The notes beneath the pieces are model-generated. The model was not told the origin of the DNA, did no database searches, and saw only the letters and a program-made list of their open reading frames with translations. DNA of 64,000 bases from Octopus bimaculoides (taxonomy: Eukaryota): contig NC_069003.1 in NCBI RefSeq assembly GCF_001194135.2, positions 11,387,236-11,451,235 of the forward strand. Reading direction: 5' to 3'. Of the stretch, positions 11,057 through 24,370 are shown piece by piece. A program made the translations under genes and the position numbers. The number at the start of each line of letters is the position of its first letter. Position 1 is the first letter of the stretch.

Positions 11057-13539
11057 TGTTAAACTGTTAATCCTGACCCATTTTCTCTTTCTCTCTCTCT
11101 CTATTTTTTCCATTCTCTCTGAGCATCAAACTAATACACCTGCTTGTTNNNNNNNNNNNNNNNNNNNNNNNNNNNNNNNNNNNNNNNNNNNNNNNNNNNN
11201 NNNNNNNNNNNNNNNNNNNNNNNNNNNNNNNNNNNNNNNNNNNNNNNNNNNNNNNNNNNNNNNNNNNNNNNNNNNNNNNNNNNNNNNNNNNNNNNNNNNN
11301 NNNNNNNNNNNNNNNNNNNNNNNNNNNNNNNNNNNNNNNNNNNNNNNNNNNNNNNNNNNNNNNNNNNNNNNNNNNNNNNNNNNNNNNNNNNNNNNNNNNN
11401 NNNNNNNNNNNNNNNNNNNNNNNNNNNNNNNNNNNNNNNNNNNNNNNNNNNNNNNNNNNNNNNNNNNNNNNNNNNNNNNNNNNNNNNNNNNNNNNNNNNN
11501 NNNNNNNNNNNNNNNNNNNNNNNNNNNNNNNNNNNNNNNNNNNNNNNNNNNNNNNNNNNNNNNNNNNNNNNNNNNNNNNNNNNNNNNNNNNNNNNNNNNN
11601 NNNNNNNNNNNNNNNNNNNNNNNNNNNNNNNNNNNNNNNNNNNNNNNNNNNNNNNNNNNNNNNNNNNNNNNNNNNNNNNNNNNNNAAATTTAAATGTTGA
11701 AGTGAATCTAATGGATTTCGTGTGTTATTTTAAATGGCTTATAAACACCTTCCACGCTGCAATTGTTTTTGTTCCAGCACACGATCTCAGATCAGGTCAC
11801 TTGCTATGCAAGTACATCTCTCTCTCTATATATATATATATAAATGTTAAATCATTAATCCCGACACACTTTCTCTCTATTTTTTTTACTCTCTCTCTAT
11901 TTTTTTTTACTCTCTCTCTCTCTCCCCATTTCTTTTTCCTCTCATCCCTTTCTGTCAAAGAGCGTAGGCTCAAAACATCAAAGACTCTTCCATTCTTCCC
12001 AAACGCAAAACCAATACAATTGTTTGTTGTTCCTTCACCTGTCTTTGTCTTTTGCTTTCTGTACATTTGAACCATAATACTATTCACCCTTATATAATGT
12101 CGACCAGCCACCCGTTCTTGTCCCTGTCATACTTTACCCTCTCAAGACCCTAGCATAAAGCCACTTCATCTCCACCCCCACCCCCCTATACTCCCCTATA
12201 CACACAAACACATACAGTAGTGGGGACATTTTCGTCTGTTTTCATTCTTGTTATATCTTGCAAGTTACTTGGTAAACTCACAAGTGTTGGTGCCAAGGAA
12301 AAAGGCACCCAGTACACACGGTGAAGTGGTTGGCATTAGGAAGGATATCCATCCCTAGAAAAAAAAATATCAAAGCTGACACTGGAGCTCACTGCAACTC
12401 TGCAGCCTGCCAGATTGTGTCAACCCATTCAAGCCATGCCACCATTGAAAATGGACTTTAAATTATGATGATGATGACGACAATGATGATGATGACGATT
12501 ATGATGATCATAAAAGAGGATGAGGTGGGTGGGAAGGCATCTAAATTTAACTAAAAAAGCTTTTTGATGGGAACCTGCTAATTGTCAGTTTAAGAACCCC
12601 TTCTTTCGCGCCAGGTCAGCTCTGATACAACTGACCTGAATGAAAGACATGTCATTCATGGTAATTCTTCTATTTTTTTTTTTTTTTTTTTTAATTTTCA
12701 GGTGTGGGCATAGTTAGAAAGTTAAGAAATTTGCTTTGCAACCATGCGATCTTAGGATCAATTTCACTGCAAGGCACCTCAGACAATCTTCAACTACAAC
12801 CTTGGGCTGACCAAAGTTTTGTGAGTGGATTTGGTTGATGGAAACTGAAAGAAACCCATCATTGTGTGTGTGTGCATGTATATATATGCATGTATGTAAG
12901 TGTGGATGTGTGTGTATTTGCATTTCCTTGTCTTGCTTTAGTTTGATAGCTGTAAGTGAGTACCACTGTCATACAAGCAGTATCATTAATTTTCATTATT
13001 CTGCAAAAACATGTCTGACCATGGGGAAATATTTACTTTGCTTGAAAATAAGAGAGTGTTGATGCAAGGATGAACGTCTGGCCATAAACACTCTGCCTCA
13101 ACAAATTCCATCCAACCCATACCAGTAGGGAAAAGTGAACATTAAAATGATGGTGATGATGATGATGATGATGAAGTACCCCAGACTATTTTAGCAAATA
13201 TTAAAAAAAAAAAAAAAAAAAATAGCTGGGTGTGCTATTTGGTTAGAACAAGAACTCACAGACACACAGACAGGGAGTCACACAAACACACATACATGCA
13301 AATATTTCAGTTATGTTGTGAGAACTGACACCCTGTCAGTTCACAGCTTATGTAAATGTATGCTGTAGTAAACAAATATATGCAAAGCAACCACAGTCAA
13401 TTAAAGAAATATTCGATCTTGTTTCAAAGCAAACACACATCCCACATGTATGAAAACATATGTGCAGCTCTCTGTATCATATTGCTGCAACATAGAATGT
13501 GCACTGTATGCTGCATATGTTGCCAACCAATGCAAAATG

Positions 13540-13760
13540 ATGGTTCAAAAGCTATGCACAGGAAGGAGCAAGAGGTACTGAAAGTGGCCTGAAGCTGAGG
13601 AAGGGGCCAGATCAAATGATGCAAAGACTGTACTGCACTATAAGGGAGCATATGGGAGCTAAGGGTAATGCAAACATTCCAATAAAAGACAAGAATGGTA
13701 AGACCTAAATGGTGGCTGAAGAACAAGATTAGCGTAGGCTGGAATAGTTTCAGAAAACAC
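13540..13760 (+). mobile_element. Decayed LINE ORF2 fragment (EN-RT linker)
   Basis: QRLYCTIREHMG..NIPIKDKNGK..EEQD*RRLE*F resembles the LINE pattern LY..K.L.G..PIKDKNG..E.EQ..RW.EHF. Confidence 0.5.
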
Positions 13761-14124
13761 TTGGGGGTGCTGTGTGTTAAGACGTTTGCTTGCCAACCGC
13801 ATGATCCCAAGTTCGGTCCCACAGTGTGGCATTTTGGTCATGTGTTTTCTACTATAGGCTTGGGACGGCCAAAGCCTTGTGAGTGAATTTGGTTGACTTG
13901 AAACTGACAGAAAATGGACAGTCAACATCCATTGACAAGGCTGCAAAAAGCCAACAAGAATTTTGGAAGAAAAAATATGAATAATAAATGAGTGGAAATC
14001 GAACCTGTGTGTGTGTTGAATAACAAGACGATATGATTTTCCCCTGACAACATAATTTGCTTCAACACACGAATTCACATAAAGAATTTTGCAGAGCAGA
14101 TACAAAAACAAAGTATATATATAT

Positions 14125-14395
14125 ATTCGTTGCCAGTGCCCCTGGACTGGCTTGTGCGGGTGGCACATAAAAGACACCATTTCGAGCGTGGCCGTTTTCG
14201 TGCGGGTGACACGTAAAAGCACCCACTACACTCTCTGAGTGGTTGGCGTTAGGAAGGGCATCCAGCTGTAGAAACTCTGCCAAATCAGACTGGAGCCTGG
14301 TGTTGCCATCCGGTTTCACCAGTCCTCAGTCAAATCGTCCAACCCATGCTAGCATGGAAAGCGGACGTTAAACGATGATGATGATGATGATGATA
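14125..14395 (+). mobile_element. RTE 3' tail repeat (family B), representative of more than 15 copies
   Basis: GGCGTTAGGAAGGGCATCCAGCTGTAGAAACTCTGCC..AACCCATGCTAGCATGGAAAGCGGACGTTAAACGATGATG. Other copies near 5755, 9035, 12270, 14420, 15545, 18090, 19093, 22050, 25575, 36280, 49720, 51370, 53685 and 55245. Confidence 0.85.
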
Positions 14396-16129
14396 TATAT
14401 ATATATATATATATATATAATCATCATCATCGTATAACATCCATCTTCCATGGACTGGGCAGATTTATGGGAGCTGGCAAGGCTGGGACATGCACCAATC
14501 TCCACTATCTATTTTGGCATGATTTTTACAGCTGGATGCCCTTTCTAATGCCAACCACTTTACAGTGTGTATACATATGCATAGGTATATGTGTGTGTGT
14601 ATTTGTGCATGTGTGTATGTGTGCCAGTGTGTGTGTGTGTGTGTGTTACTGTCTCTTTACTTGGAAACAAGTGAGTGTTGGTGACAGAAAGTGCATCCAG
14701 TAGTAGAAAATCTGCCTCAACAAATTCGCAAGCATAGAAAAGTGAACATTAAGCTGATGACTATGATGATCATGATAATGATGATGACTCAACGAGGCAT
14801 CACCATCTACTCTGATTTCATCTTGGAAGCAGCAACTACACCTCTTGAAGCCTATGGTGAAGCCAAATTAAGGATGAAGAAACAAGAGTTGGTTGCCAGC
14901 AGAGACTATAAAATTGAATTGCAATGATATTTATGGTGAGTCTTTGGCAGATTCCAAGATTGGGTCATTCCAGGAGTGTTTATTATTTCAATGCAACAGG
15001 AAATTGTAAACTGCACTGGTGAAAGGCAATATGTAATTTTATTTAAATTCAAAACTGAAGCCAAAGTACTGTAAATATAAACAGGTGGTGGAGTACATAA
15101 ATAATACACACACACATGTACATACATACATACATACATACATTCATACATATTTATCTGTGTTAACTATATCCCAAAGAGGGAACCTTGTATCTTTGTC
15201 GGAAACCAGCCCCCTCCTCAGTGGAAGATTTATAATGTATAAGAAAGAAATTAGCTGGGTGTGCTGTTTAGTTAGAACAAGAATTCAAAAATTCTTCGAT
15301 AGAGAATGACCAACTTTTATATATTTAGAATTAATAATTTCACTATACTTATTATCTTTATTTGAATGCTTCTGTATTGATAAACATACATACATACATA
15401 CATACATACATATTTATCTGTGTTAACTATATCCCAAAGATGGAACCTTGAATCTTTGTCGGAAACCAGCTCCCTCCTCAGTGGAAGATTTATAACAAAA
15501 AATAGAAGAGACATACATACATATATATATAAACACGTACACGTGTGTGATATTCTGGCATGGTTTCTACAGCTGAATGCCCTTCCTAACACCAACCACT
15601 CCAAGAGTGTAGTGGGTGCTTTTACGTGCCATCAGCACAGGAGCCAGCCAGACAGCACTGGCACTTTAATAAGTAACTTAGAAAGGAAATGTATTGGTGC
15701 ATAAACAATTGACACCCATACTTGTTGCACATATATATGTATACATATACTTACATATATACATAATTCTATACATCGATCTAAAACAACAGGGCTATTA
15801 AAGGAAAACTGAAATTCAAGAGAAGAGAAAACCAAAAGGTCTTATGGTATTCATTGAAGGATTTTGTTTCAGATATTCCCATTTTAAAAATCATCTCCAG
15901 TTAATCGTTGATTGGACATTGGTGTTGCGTTGACGGAGGTTTGCACTCTCTGTGTGCTCTTGTTGTTTATATTTAGTTATTGATTTCTTGCTATTATATA
16001 GTATAGTATTATATATTTATATATTTAGATGTATATTGGGATGGGACACCTAATATTCATATGTAAGCCTAAGTTATATATTTATGATTAGTATGTGGAT
16101 TTATTCGGTGTATTACATCATCAAAATAG

Positions 16130-16900
16130 GTATTATTGATAGATTTATAGTATTTGTATCTAAATTAAAATGTACTATATTATGCGATTAATTAATAGAG
16201 ATCGATACTCAATATTATTATCAAACTGATATTTAAGTATTATACAATATAGTGTATGTTATTTACATTTATATTATATTTAACCTGTGCTAGGTTTGTA
16301 AATTCAGTTATACTCTTTACTCTTTTACTTGTTTCAACCATTTGGTCGGCCCGAGGCTATAGTAGAAGACACTTGCCCAAGGTGCCACGCAATGGGAATG
16401 AACCCACAACCATGTGGTTGGTAAGCAAGCTACTTACCACACAGCCACTCCTGTGCCTATTAGTGTATGTTACTTACATTTATATTATATTTAACTTATG
16501 TTAGGTTTGTAAATTCAGTTATATTATTTTTGCTTAAATTTTTAATGTATATATTCATAATATTTGTATCCAAATTAAAATATATTACATTATTTGGTTA
16601 ATTAGTAAAAGTCAATACTCAATATTATTATTAAGCCTATATTTAAGTATTATATAATATGATATACTATATGTTATTTATATTTATGTTGTTTTAACTT
16701 ATGTATGGTTAATATTCTTATCTAAATTAAAAAGTAATATTATCTGATAGATAGTAAAGGTCAATATTTGATATTATCATTAATATGAAATTTAAGCATC
16801 ATATAGTATATGTTATTTATATTTATATTATTTTTAATTATTTTAATCTATGTTTGGTTCTTAAATTAAGCTATAGTTATTATATTATGTTTGTATTTTT
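16130..16900. repeat. About three degenerate tandem copies of an AT-rich unit of roughly 160-170 bp, downstream of the PLE ORF
   Basis: TATTTGTATCYAAATTAAAA...ATACTCAATATTATTAT...ATATTTAAGTATTAT...TATGTTATTTA recurs near 16150, 16560 and 16720. Confidence 0.7.
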
Positions 16901-17049
16901 AATGTTTGGTTTTATTTATCTATTAAATTTAATTTTCTAAAGTATATTTAGGTTAACCACAACAAATTTAAATATTCACCCTCACCAAGTTAATTCATTT
17001 GTGTTTAGAGGTTATACACTTTATTTTATGTATATTTTATATCATTTTC

Positions 17050-18060
17050 AGTTTAATTACTTATTATTAATTTACCACTTAAATCTTCTAAAAACATATT
17101 TTGAGTAGTAGCAACAAGCTAAAATATTCTCTTTCCTAGAATTAATCGATTTATGCTTAGATTTTATTATTTGAAAAATCACATCAGTACATAATTGACA
17201 TTCTTATTTGAAATTTGATAAGCTCTGGCATAGCTTACAACCACCAATCTAATCATATAATCATACTGATTATCCTTTAACATCAATATAAAATTGCTGA
17301 AACTAGTGTTTATTAATTTTATGCTTATTTCTAAAACAACTTTCATGGTTTGCAATTCTTCATTTAAATCTAGTTTCAGTTGAACCTATGTAATAGTATT
17401 ACTTCTTTCAGATTTAACTATACACCTATATACTAGGTTATCCTGTTTACAATTATTATTAAGTTTATAATTTTCTTTAATCCTACAATCACAATTTATA
17501 TTAACATCATTATTAATACAATTATTTACATTTTTTTATCATTCCCATTATTTGGGTTAGGAAGAGAATTAATATGGGTTATATACCTTTTACTATTATA
17601 ATTTACCCTAACATCAATTTTTATTTAGATTACGACTGCTATAAAAGGTATCTAATTTTCTATTAGTAATTGAGGATATAATTGCAAAAAAATTCTTCGA
17701 TAGAGATGGCCAACTTTTATATATTTAGAATTAATAATTTCACTATACTTATTATCTTTATTTGAATGCTTCTGTATTGATAAATAAACAGATTTGACTA
17801 TGTTACTTTTAATTTGACTTGCAAAGGGGATAATGAACCACAAGGTACTGGTTTTATTTAGACAACCATAATCCATATTATGTTTCTCAGAATTTATGCA
17901 AGGAGTACATCTTTTATTATTTATATTATGTTTACTTTTATAAGTATTATCATATATATTCTTATCAATGCTGTTAATTTCTGTTCTACTAGATTTTTTT
18001 TATTTTTGCCTTTATTATTACTATATTTAGTATCAGGTTTCATGAGTTTATAATCAAGGA
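17050..18060 (-). mobile_element. Decayed Penelope-like retroelement ORF 3' part (RT-EN linker and GIY-YIG endonuclease)
   Basis: Manual translation across frameshifts gives LWFIIPFASQIKSNI..IQKH, NCDCRIKENYKLNNNCKQDNLVYRCIV (about 17496), YYIGSTETRFK*RIANH (about 17392), TSFSNFILMLKDN. These match the PLE pattern WFNPPF / CxCx5C / VY..YIG..FKxR..H. Confidence 0.8.
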
Positions 18061-20670
18061 TTATATATATATATCATCATTATCATTATCATCATCATTT
18101 AACATTTGTTGTTCATGCTGGCATGGGTTGGAAAGTTTAACCAGAGCTGACAAGCTGGAGAGTTGCACCAGGCTCCAGTTTGATTTAGCATGATTTCTAT
18201 GGCTGACTGCCCTTCCTAATGCCAACCACTTTAAAGTGTGCTAGGTGCTTTTAATGTGTGCGTGTGTGTGTGTGTATAGTTGCAGGTGTGTGTAGTAAGA
18301 AGCTTGCATCCCAGCCACATGGTTTTGGGTTCAGTCCTACTGTATGGCACCTTCAGTGTCTTCTACTATAGCAACTACCAAATCCACCCACAAAGCCTTG
18401 TGATTGGATTTGGTAGAAAAAAACCTGAAAGAAGCCTGTTTTGTGTGTGTGTGTGTGTGTTTGTCTGGTGGTAACATTCCCATAACTTAGTGGTTCAGCA
18501 AAAGGGACTGACAAGAATAAGTACCAGGCTTAACAAAAAATAAGTACAGGGGTCAATTAACTCAACAAAAAGTTCTTCAAGGCAACGCCCCCCCAGTATG
18601 GCTACAGGCCACAGTCTAATGCCTGAAACAAGTAAAACATAAAAGACATAATATAAGAACTTCATACTTAACATCACTATTGAAAAAGATTACTGTAGAG
18701 TAAACCTCCCTGATGCTACCTTCGGTATTAGTATTGGATTGTATGAACCTTTACATAAACCACTTTGACATTTTTGGCTGGTTTTGTGTGGCAACTTAAA
18801 GAGGATAAGATTACTGTATTTTAACCTGTATAAGGAACCCTTTCTCGTCGAAAATTAGGTTTAAAAAATATGGAAGTTTCTTATACATGCATAGTATTTA
18901 TAATCCCTTACAAAACCTTTTTCCAAATTTTAAGCCCCAAAAGTTAGAGGGTTCCTTATACAAGTTAAAATATGGTAAATATGATCTCACTTGGTCTATA
19001 AGATATGCAAAACTGTACAGTGTCCTTTTCAGGAGATGCAGACTGCATTCCAAAGAATTGTTGTGTATTTCATGAACCAATGAGAAGCTTCATCATCATC
19101 GTTTAATGTCCGCTTTCCATGCTAGCATGGGTCGGACGATTTGACTGAGGATTGGTGAAACCAGATGGCTACACCAGGCTCCAATCTGATTTGGCAGAGT
19201 TTCTACAGCTGGATGCCTTTCCTAACGCCAACCACTCCGAGAGTGTAGAGGGTGCTATTACGTGCCACTGGCACGAANNNNNNNNNNTTGGCAGAGTTTC
19301 TACAGCTGGATGCCTTTCCTAACGCCAACCACTCCGAGAGTGTAGAGGGTGCTATTACGTGCCACTGGCACGAAGGCCAGTCAGGAGGTACTGGCAATGG
19401 CCACGCTCGAAATGGTGTATTTTACGTGCCACCTGCACAGGAGCCAGTCCAGGGGCACTGGCAACGAACTCACTTGAATGTCTTTTCACATGCCACTTGT
19501 TTATAAGCTTGCTTATAAGATTTTTTTAAATTCTAACAAGATACTTGCATTTTACTAAATGCACTTTCACACAATACAGTGGGCCACAATTCAGTGTGTC
19601 CAATACAGTGAGCCAATGAGTAATCATTGACTAGATTAATAACCATGCTTTAACCTAATTGTATGGATGAATAACTACAACCTCCCCATTATAAACACAA
19701 TGCCACACTAGCTACCAACGTCACTGGGATACGCCTTGGCCATTGTATACTGCTTAAAGTGAGATAAATACTAACTTGTGTCTCTCAATATGTATCACTC
19801 ACCGTGGGATGGAAACACAAAAAACTACGACAAACTACACTGGATATCTTAACCCTGGTATTGATGCTTTCTAAAGGCTGTTGGTTATTCCATTAGTCGT
19901 TCATTCAAAAAATATTGGTCTGCTGTGTCAGTATTTATGTCCATTTCTATGACTGTACAAGTACTCTAAGAATACCAGCCAGACTCAGTGGACCACGCTA
20001 ATAGCCACTGGCTTTATTAATAACAACCTAATTCTGTGTGCGAGCTTATGTGTGCCAGACCACACCTGTGTGTGCTTGTATGTGCATATGCATTTGTATA
20101 AGCAAGTGTACATGCACCAGACTTTGTATGCATGGGCGTTTGTACATTCCTATCTATTAATGGTTATATCTGATATTTTTTTCGCTGTATTGTGTATTTG
20201 TTTCTTTTAGTACCTGATCTTTGTTATGGATCTTCTATAACAATGAAGCTGTATCCCTCAATTTGTCATTTCTATATACAAAGACCGAAAAGAAATCTTG
20301 CAAAACAGAGTTTATTTAGATAAGATACCACTTGAAATCACTTGAGGAGACACATCTAGACTGAGGGATACACCTAAACCAGTTGTATAGTATCCCACCC
20401 ACGAGGGATTAATGCTAGATGGATCAAAACAATTGTAGTGATAAATAAAGATTCTCGTATCTTCTATCTCTCTCATTAATTACATTCCCAACAAACTATG
20501 AGCCATGGAACATACTTTACCAGCAAACTACCAGGTCTATTGAGACATTTATGATGTCACGCAAAAATTAATGCTAAAAACTTGTTTTGTTGCCAAAAGA
20601 ACATTACTTATTCTGTTCTTCATTTGCACAGGTGTCTTCTTTTAAACTTTGATAAAAACCATGGTATGGC

Positions 20671-23021
20671 TTAGGAATAGCCAATTTTTGACACAAGTTT
20701 AATAAATCTTTCTTTTTGCTTTTTTTGGATGGGCTTGGAAACCTCTTTGTTTACAAGTTTATATTGGATGCTTTTAATTTTTTTGAATGTTGCATTTAGT
20801 GGCACAGGCTCGTTCAAAGCAGAATAACTGTATAAAACTTCCCCTCTTTTGTAACTCATAATCTGCATTTTGGAAACTTTTACTGTTCCCTTTCTGGACA
20901 CTGTCTCACCTAAAACATCTGCAAAATCATAAATTTGCAATTGGTCCAATTCAATAACTTTGTAGCTCTTTTTCTTTGATGCTGATCTAATAAGCATGTA
21001 CCATTGTTCAGGAATAAACACTTCTAAGTGCTTTGCTGCGTGTTCAATAACTGAGTGGACAGAATCCTTTTCATTCTGGTTATGTCCAGACTCAAAGAAG
21101 TAGTGATTAATCACTTTGATGTTCTTTGCTTCTATGTTTACGAAATCGTGAAACAAAGCCAGAATGTTCCAATTACGGTTTTGTCTTGGGCATGCATCAC
21201 TAAAGAAATTAACTTCTCCTGCTCCTTTTGCATCTCATTGTTTCAACATTTGAAACAAGCAACTGCCTATTTCATTACTACCTCGACCAGATATTGTTTC
21301 ATTCCAGACAAAACAAGTAACTTCATCATTAGTTAAATCAGATATAGAAAAATTATATGTCGAGAGTTTTCAGCAGTAATAAAAATAATGAGACTTCAGA
21401 TTTAGGAGTGGGAAGAGTTTTTTGCAAATCAAATACAGCTGTGATTTTGGTTCTGTCAATTTCTTGCTTCAAAGTGGTTTTAATTTCATAAATCTTTTTC
21501 TGCCCTATGGTGATGCTCTTGAAATTTTTCTGCTTCTTCTTGTTCTTCAATATCTAGATTTCGAAACTTTTCACAGGTTTCACACCAGTCTTAAGTTCAT
21601 TGACTGAAAAGGTTGCCAGTATATTGTGTAGCTCAAGGGTTGTGTTTCATTTTGATTACATAATTCCACATACAAGTCATACATTTTTGATAAGGTCAAT
21701 TCTGAAGAGAGATACAGCAAGTTGCTTGAAGACCTACAATAATGACTTGCAACTCGTGGAAATGATAAAAATATGTTGGTGAAGCTCTTTTTGGTGATGA
21801 TTCATCTCTCTTTTTACTCTTTTACTTGTTTCAGTCATTTGACTGCGGCCATTCTGGAGCACCGCCTTTAGTCAAACAAATCGAGCCTGAGACTTATTCT
21901 TTGTAAGCCTAGTACTTATTCTATCAGTCTTAATGCCGAACCGCTAAGTGATGGGGACATAAACACACCAGCATCGGTTATCAGGCAATGCTAGGAGGAC
22001 AAACACAGATACGCAAACATATACACACACACACATACATATATCATCATCATCATCATCATCATCATCGTTTAATGTCCGCTTTCCATGCTAGCATGGG
22101 TTGGACGATTTGACTGAGGACTGGTGCAACCGGATGGCTATATATATATATATATATATATATACATACGACGGGCTTCTTTCAGTTTCCGTCTACCAAA
22201 TCCACTCACAAGGCCTTGGTCGGCCCGAGGCTATAGTAGANNNNNNNNNNGGATGGCTATATATATATATATATATATATATACATACGACGGGCTTCTT
22301 TCAGTTTCCGTCTACCAAATCCACTCACAAGGCCTTGGTCGGCCCGAGGCTATAGTAGAAGGCATTTGCCCAAGGTGCCATGCAGTGGGACTGAACCCGG
22401 AACCATGTGGCTGGTAAGCAAGCTACTTACCACATAGCCACTCCTGCGCCTATGTTCATCATTTTTGTTTTTTGATTTTGATTTGTTTTTCTATGATTTT
22501 GTTTTTGTTTTTCCACGATTATCATCTTCTACCATTCCATTTGCACCTTTTCTTAAAGCAGTTGTTACTATGGTTTCTGAAATTGAAAGCGTGTTGAGAA
22601 AAAATATTTTGCAAACTTCCACTTCAACATCTTCAATGCAAAAAAAATATTTCAAGCTTGAATTTCTTCTGGAATTATCACTTTTAGTTTTTTTTTTCTT
22701 TCTTTGTTGTGTTTTGAAACACAGTTAACAATAAACTGCCGTTGCTTATTTATACCTCCTAACTCCCAATGTCTGTATTCTTTGTTCAGAAACTTTTGTA
22801 TTACATTTTAGTCGTTTACAATCACAGCTTTTTTTCAATTTTTTAGCTGGAAATTTTCGTGTGGTGCTTATACAACTTAATCCACTATTTCTTCTCTTTT
22901 TGTTTTCTGATCTTGTAAATTCTTTTTTTCTTTTACGACCTCTTTTAGCTCTGACTGTAATCTGTGGGTTATCAACAGATACATATTCCTTATTCAACAG
23001 AGCATCAGGCAATTGAGGCAT
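20671..23021 (-). mobile_element. Fragmented Sola-type DDE transposase, interrupted by SINE/RTE insertions at about 21820-22450
   Basis: Fragments FDLQKTLPTPKSEVSL, KLSTYNFSISDL..CFVWNE..GRGSNEIGSCL, FFSDACPRQN and FFESGHNQNEKDSVHSVIE lie in the expected order, with stops and frameshifts. The superfamily name is from motif recall. Confidence 0.7.
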
Positions 23022-24177
23022 GTCTTCTTCAATGCTTGTGCTTATAGAGCATCAGAGCAATTTTGTGATTTCATTAAGTCAAGTTCATAAGGGGACTCAA
23101 TCACACTTTTCAAACTATCAAGATGAGAGTCACTTGAGTCATCTTCCATCACTTTTTCAGCAGCAACATCTACACTAATATTTGTAGCCATTGCAAAACT
23201 CTAACCACTCGCAATAAAAATCTAAAGAAAAAGAAACACAACACAGTCAGTCGATGATTGGTTGAATTAAATTAGGCTTTAGTGTTTCAATTGAATAACA
23301 TCCGAACTCTGACTTGTTAAAAACCAATAAGGCCACTTATGGCTAAATATTTAGTCCTATGTGTGTTAGATGTTTCACTTGCAAACCAAATCTGTTATTA
23401 ACCCTAGTTATAACTCTGAAAACAAAGAGTTGGGCATGCTGTAAAATATTAAAGCTTACTTAGGCTAAGTTTAATCTACCAAGAGCTTCTCTACTTTGTA
23501 GGAAAAAAACTAGTTAGCTTCATAACTAAGCTTGTGTTAAATGATATCAGTTGAGAGTAGACCTATGAAGATAGGCCTAAGCAACAGTGTACAGCCAGTA
23601 GCCTACCAGTACATTGTCAAAATGTAGCATCATTGTATAGTCTAGAAGGTTCATTAGGCTATGCTTACATACAAGTGCTTATTGTCTTTTATACACTAAA
23701 TTTTAAAAACATAGCAACAGTTTCAGCTTAACAATAAGACTTCGTTAGGTGCATAAAATCGTAACTCCATGCATGTATGATATTTTCCGCCAGAAATATT
23801 TTTGCAAATCTGTCATATGTGGGGAAAATGCTAAACCGTTGTACTACGCTTGGACAATTTTCATATCTTGGCATCTGAAGATGCGATAGTTTGACCAAAA
23901 AAAACGGCTATTGCAACCAAAATTAAATATTGAACATATTTGGCCAAATTTGGACATATGACAGTTTAACTTAATAGCAACAGTATATACAAGGTCAATG
24001 CGATGATCACCTTCCTTCCAAGCACTGCTGTAAACAGCAGAAGTGAGCTAGAACGTTAAAACTTAGTGCACATGCACAACAGAGTTCAAGGTCAATCTTT
24101 GCCAAGCAACTTAACTCTGCATGCTTTATTATGGCAGCAGTCTGGATACTTATTGATCAGACCACAGACAGACAGAC

Positions 24178-24215
<38 letters not shown>

Positions 24216-24326
24216 GAAACATTCAAACACTGAGATTTGAAGTTAGATGTTACTACTGTTCATATCATCTGTGGATAAATTCTAAATTTGATGATATCAC
24301 CAGTAGTGGCATGGGTGGAACGCAGT

Positions 24327-24370
<44 letters not shown>

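Noticed and set aside
14767-14940. Plus-strand ORF ending near an ATG|GTGAGT donor-like site
   Set aside because: No recognisable protein, no convincing acceptor, and a stop precedes the donor.
15160-15230. Minus-strand CUGAGGA followed by a short stem
   Set aside because: Followed by GACA rather than GAAA, and no stem I partner.
17360-17375. In-frame TGA in FK*RIANH as a selenocysteine codon
   Set aside because: It is not at a Cys-equivalent position, and the element has other frameshifts, so simple decay is the more economical explanation.
15900-18060. Possible mitochondrial insertion (NUMT), given the extreme AT content
   Set aside because: No mitochondrial gene could be read; minus-strand translation gives PLE GIY-YIG motifs instead.
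23870-23925. CUGAAGA-containing hammerhead-like string
   Set aside because: Stem II does not pair and GAAA is replaced by an A run.
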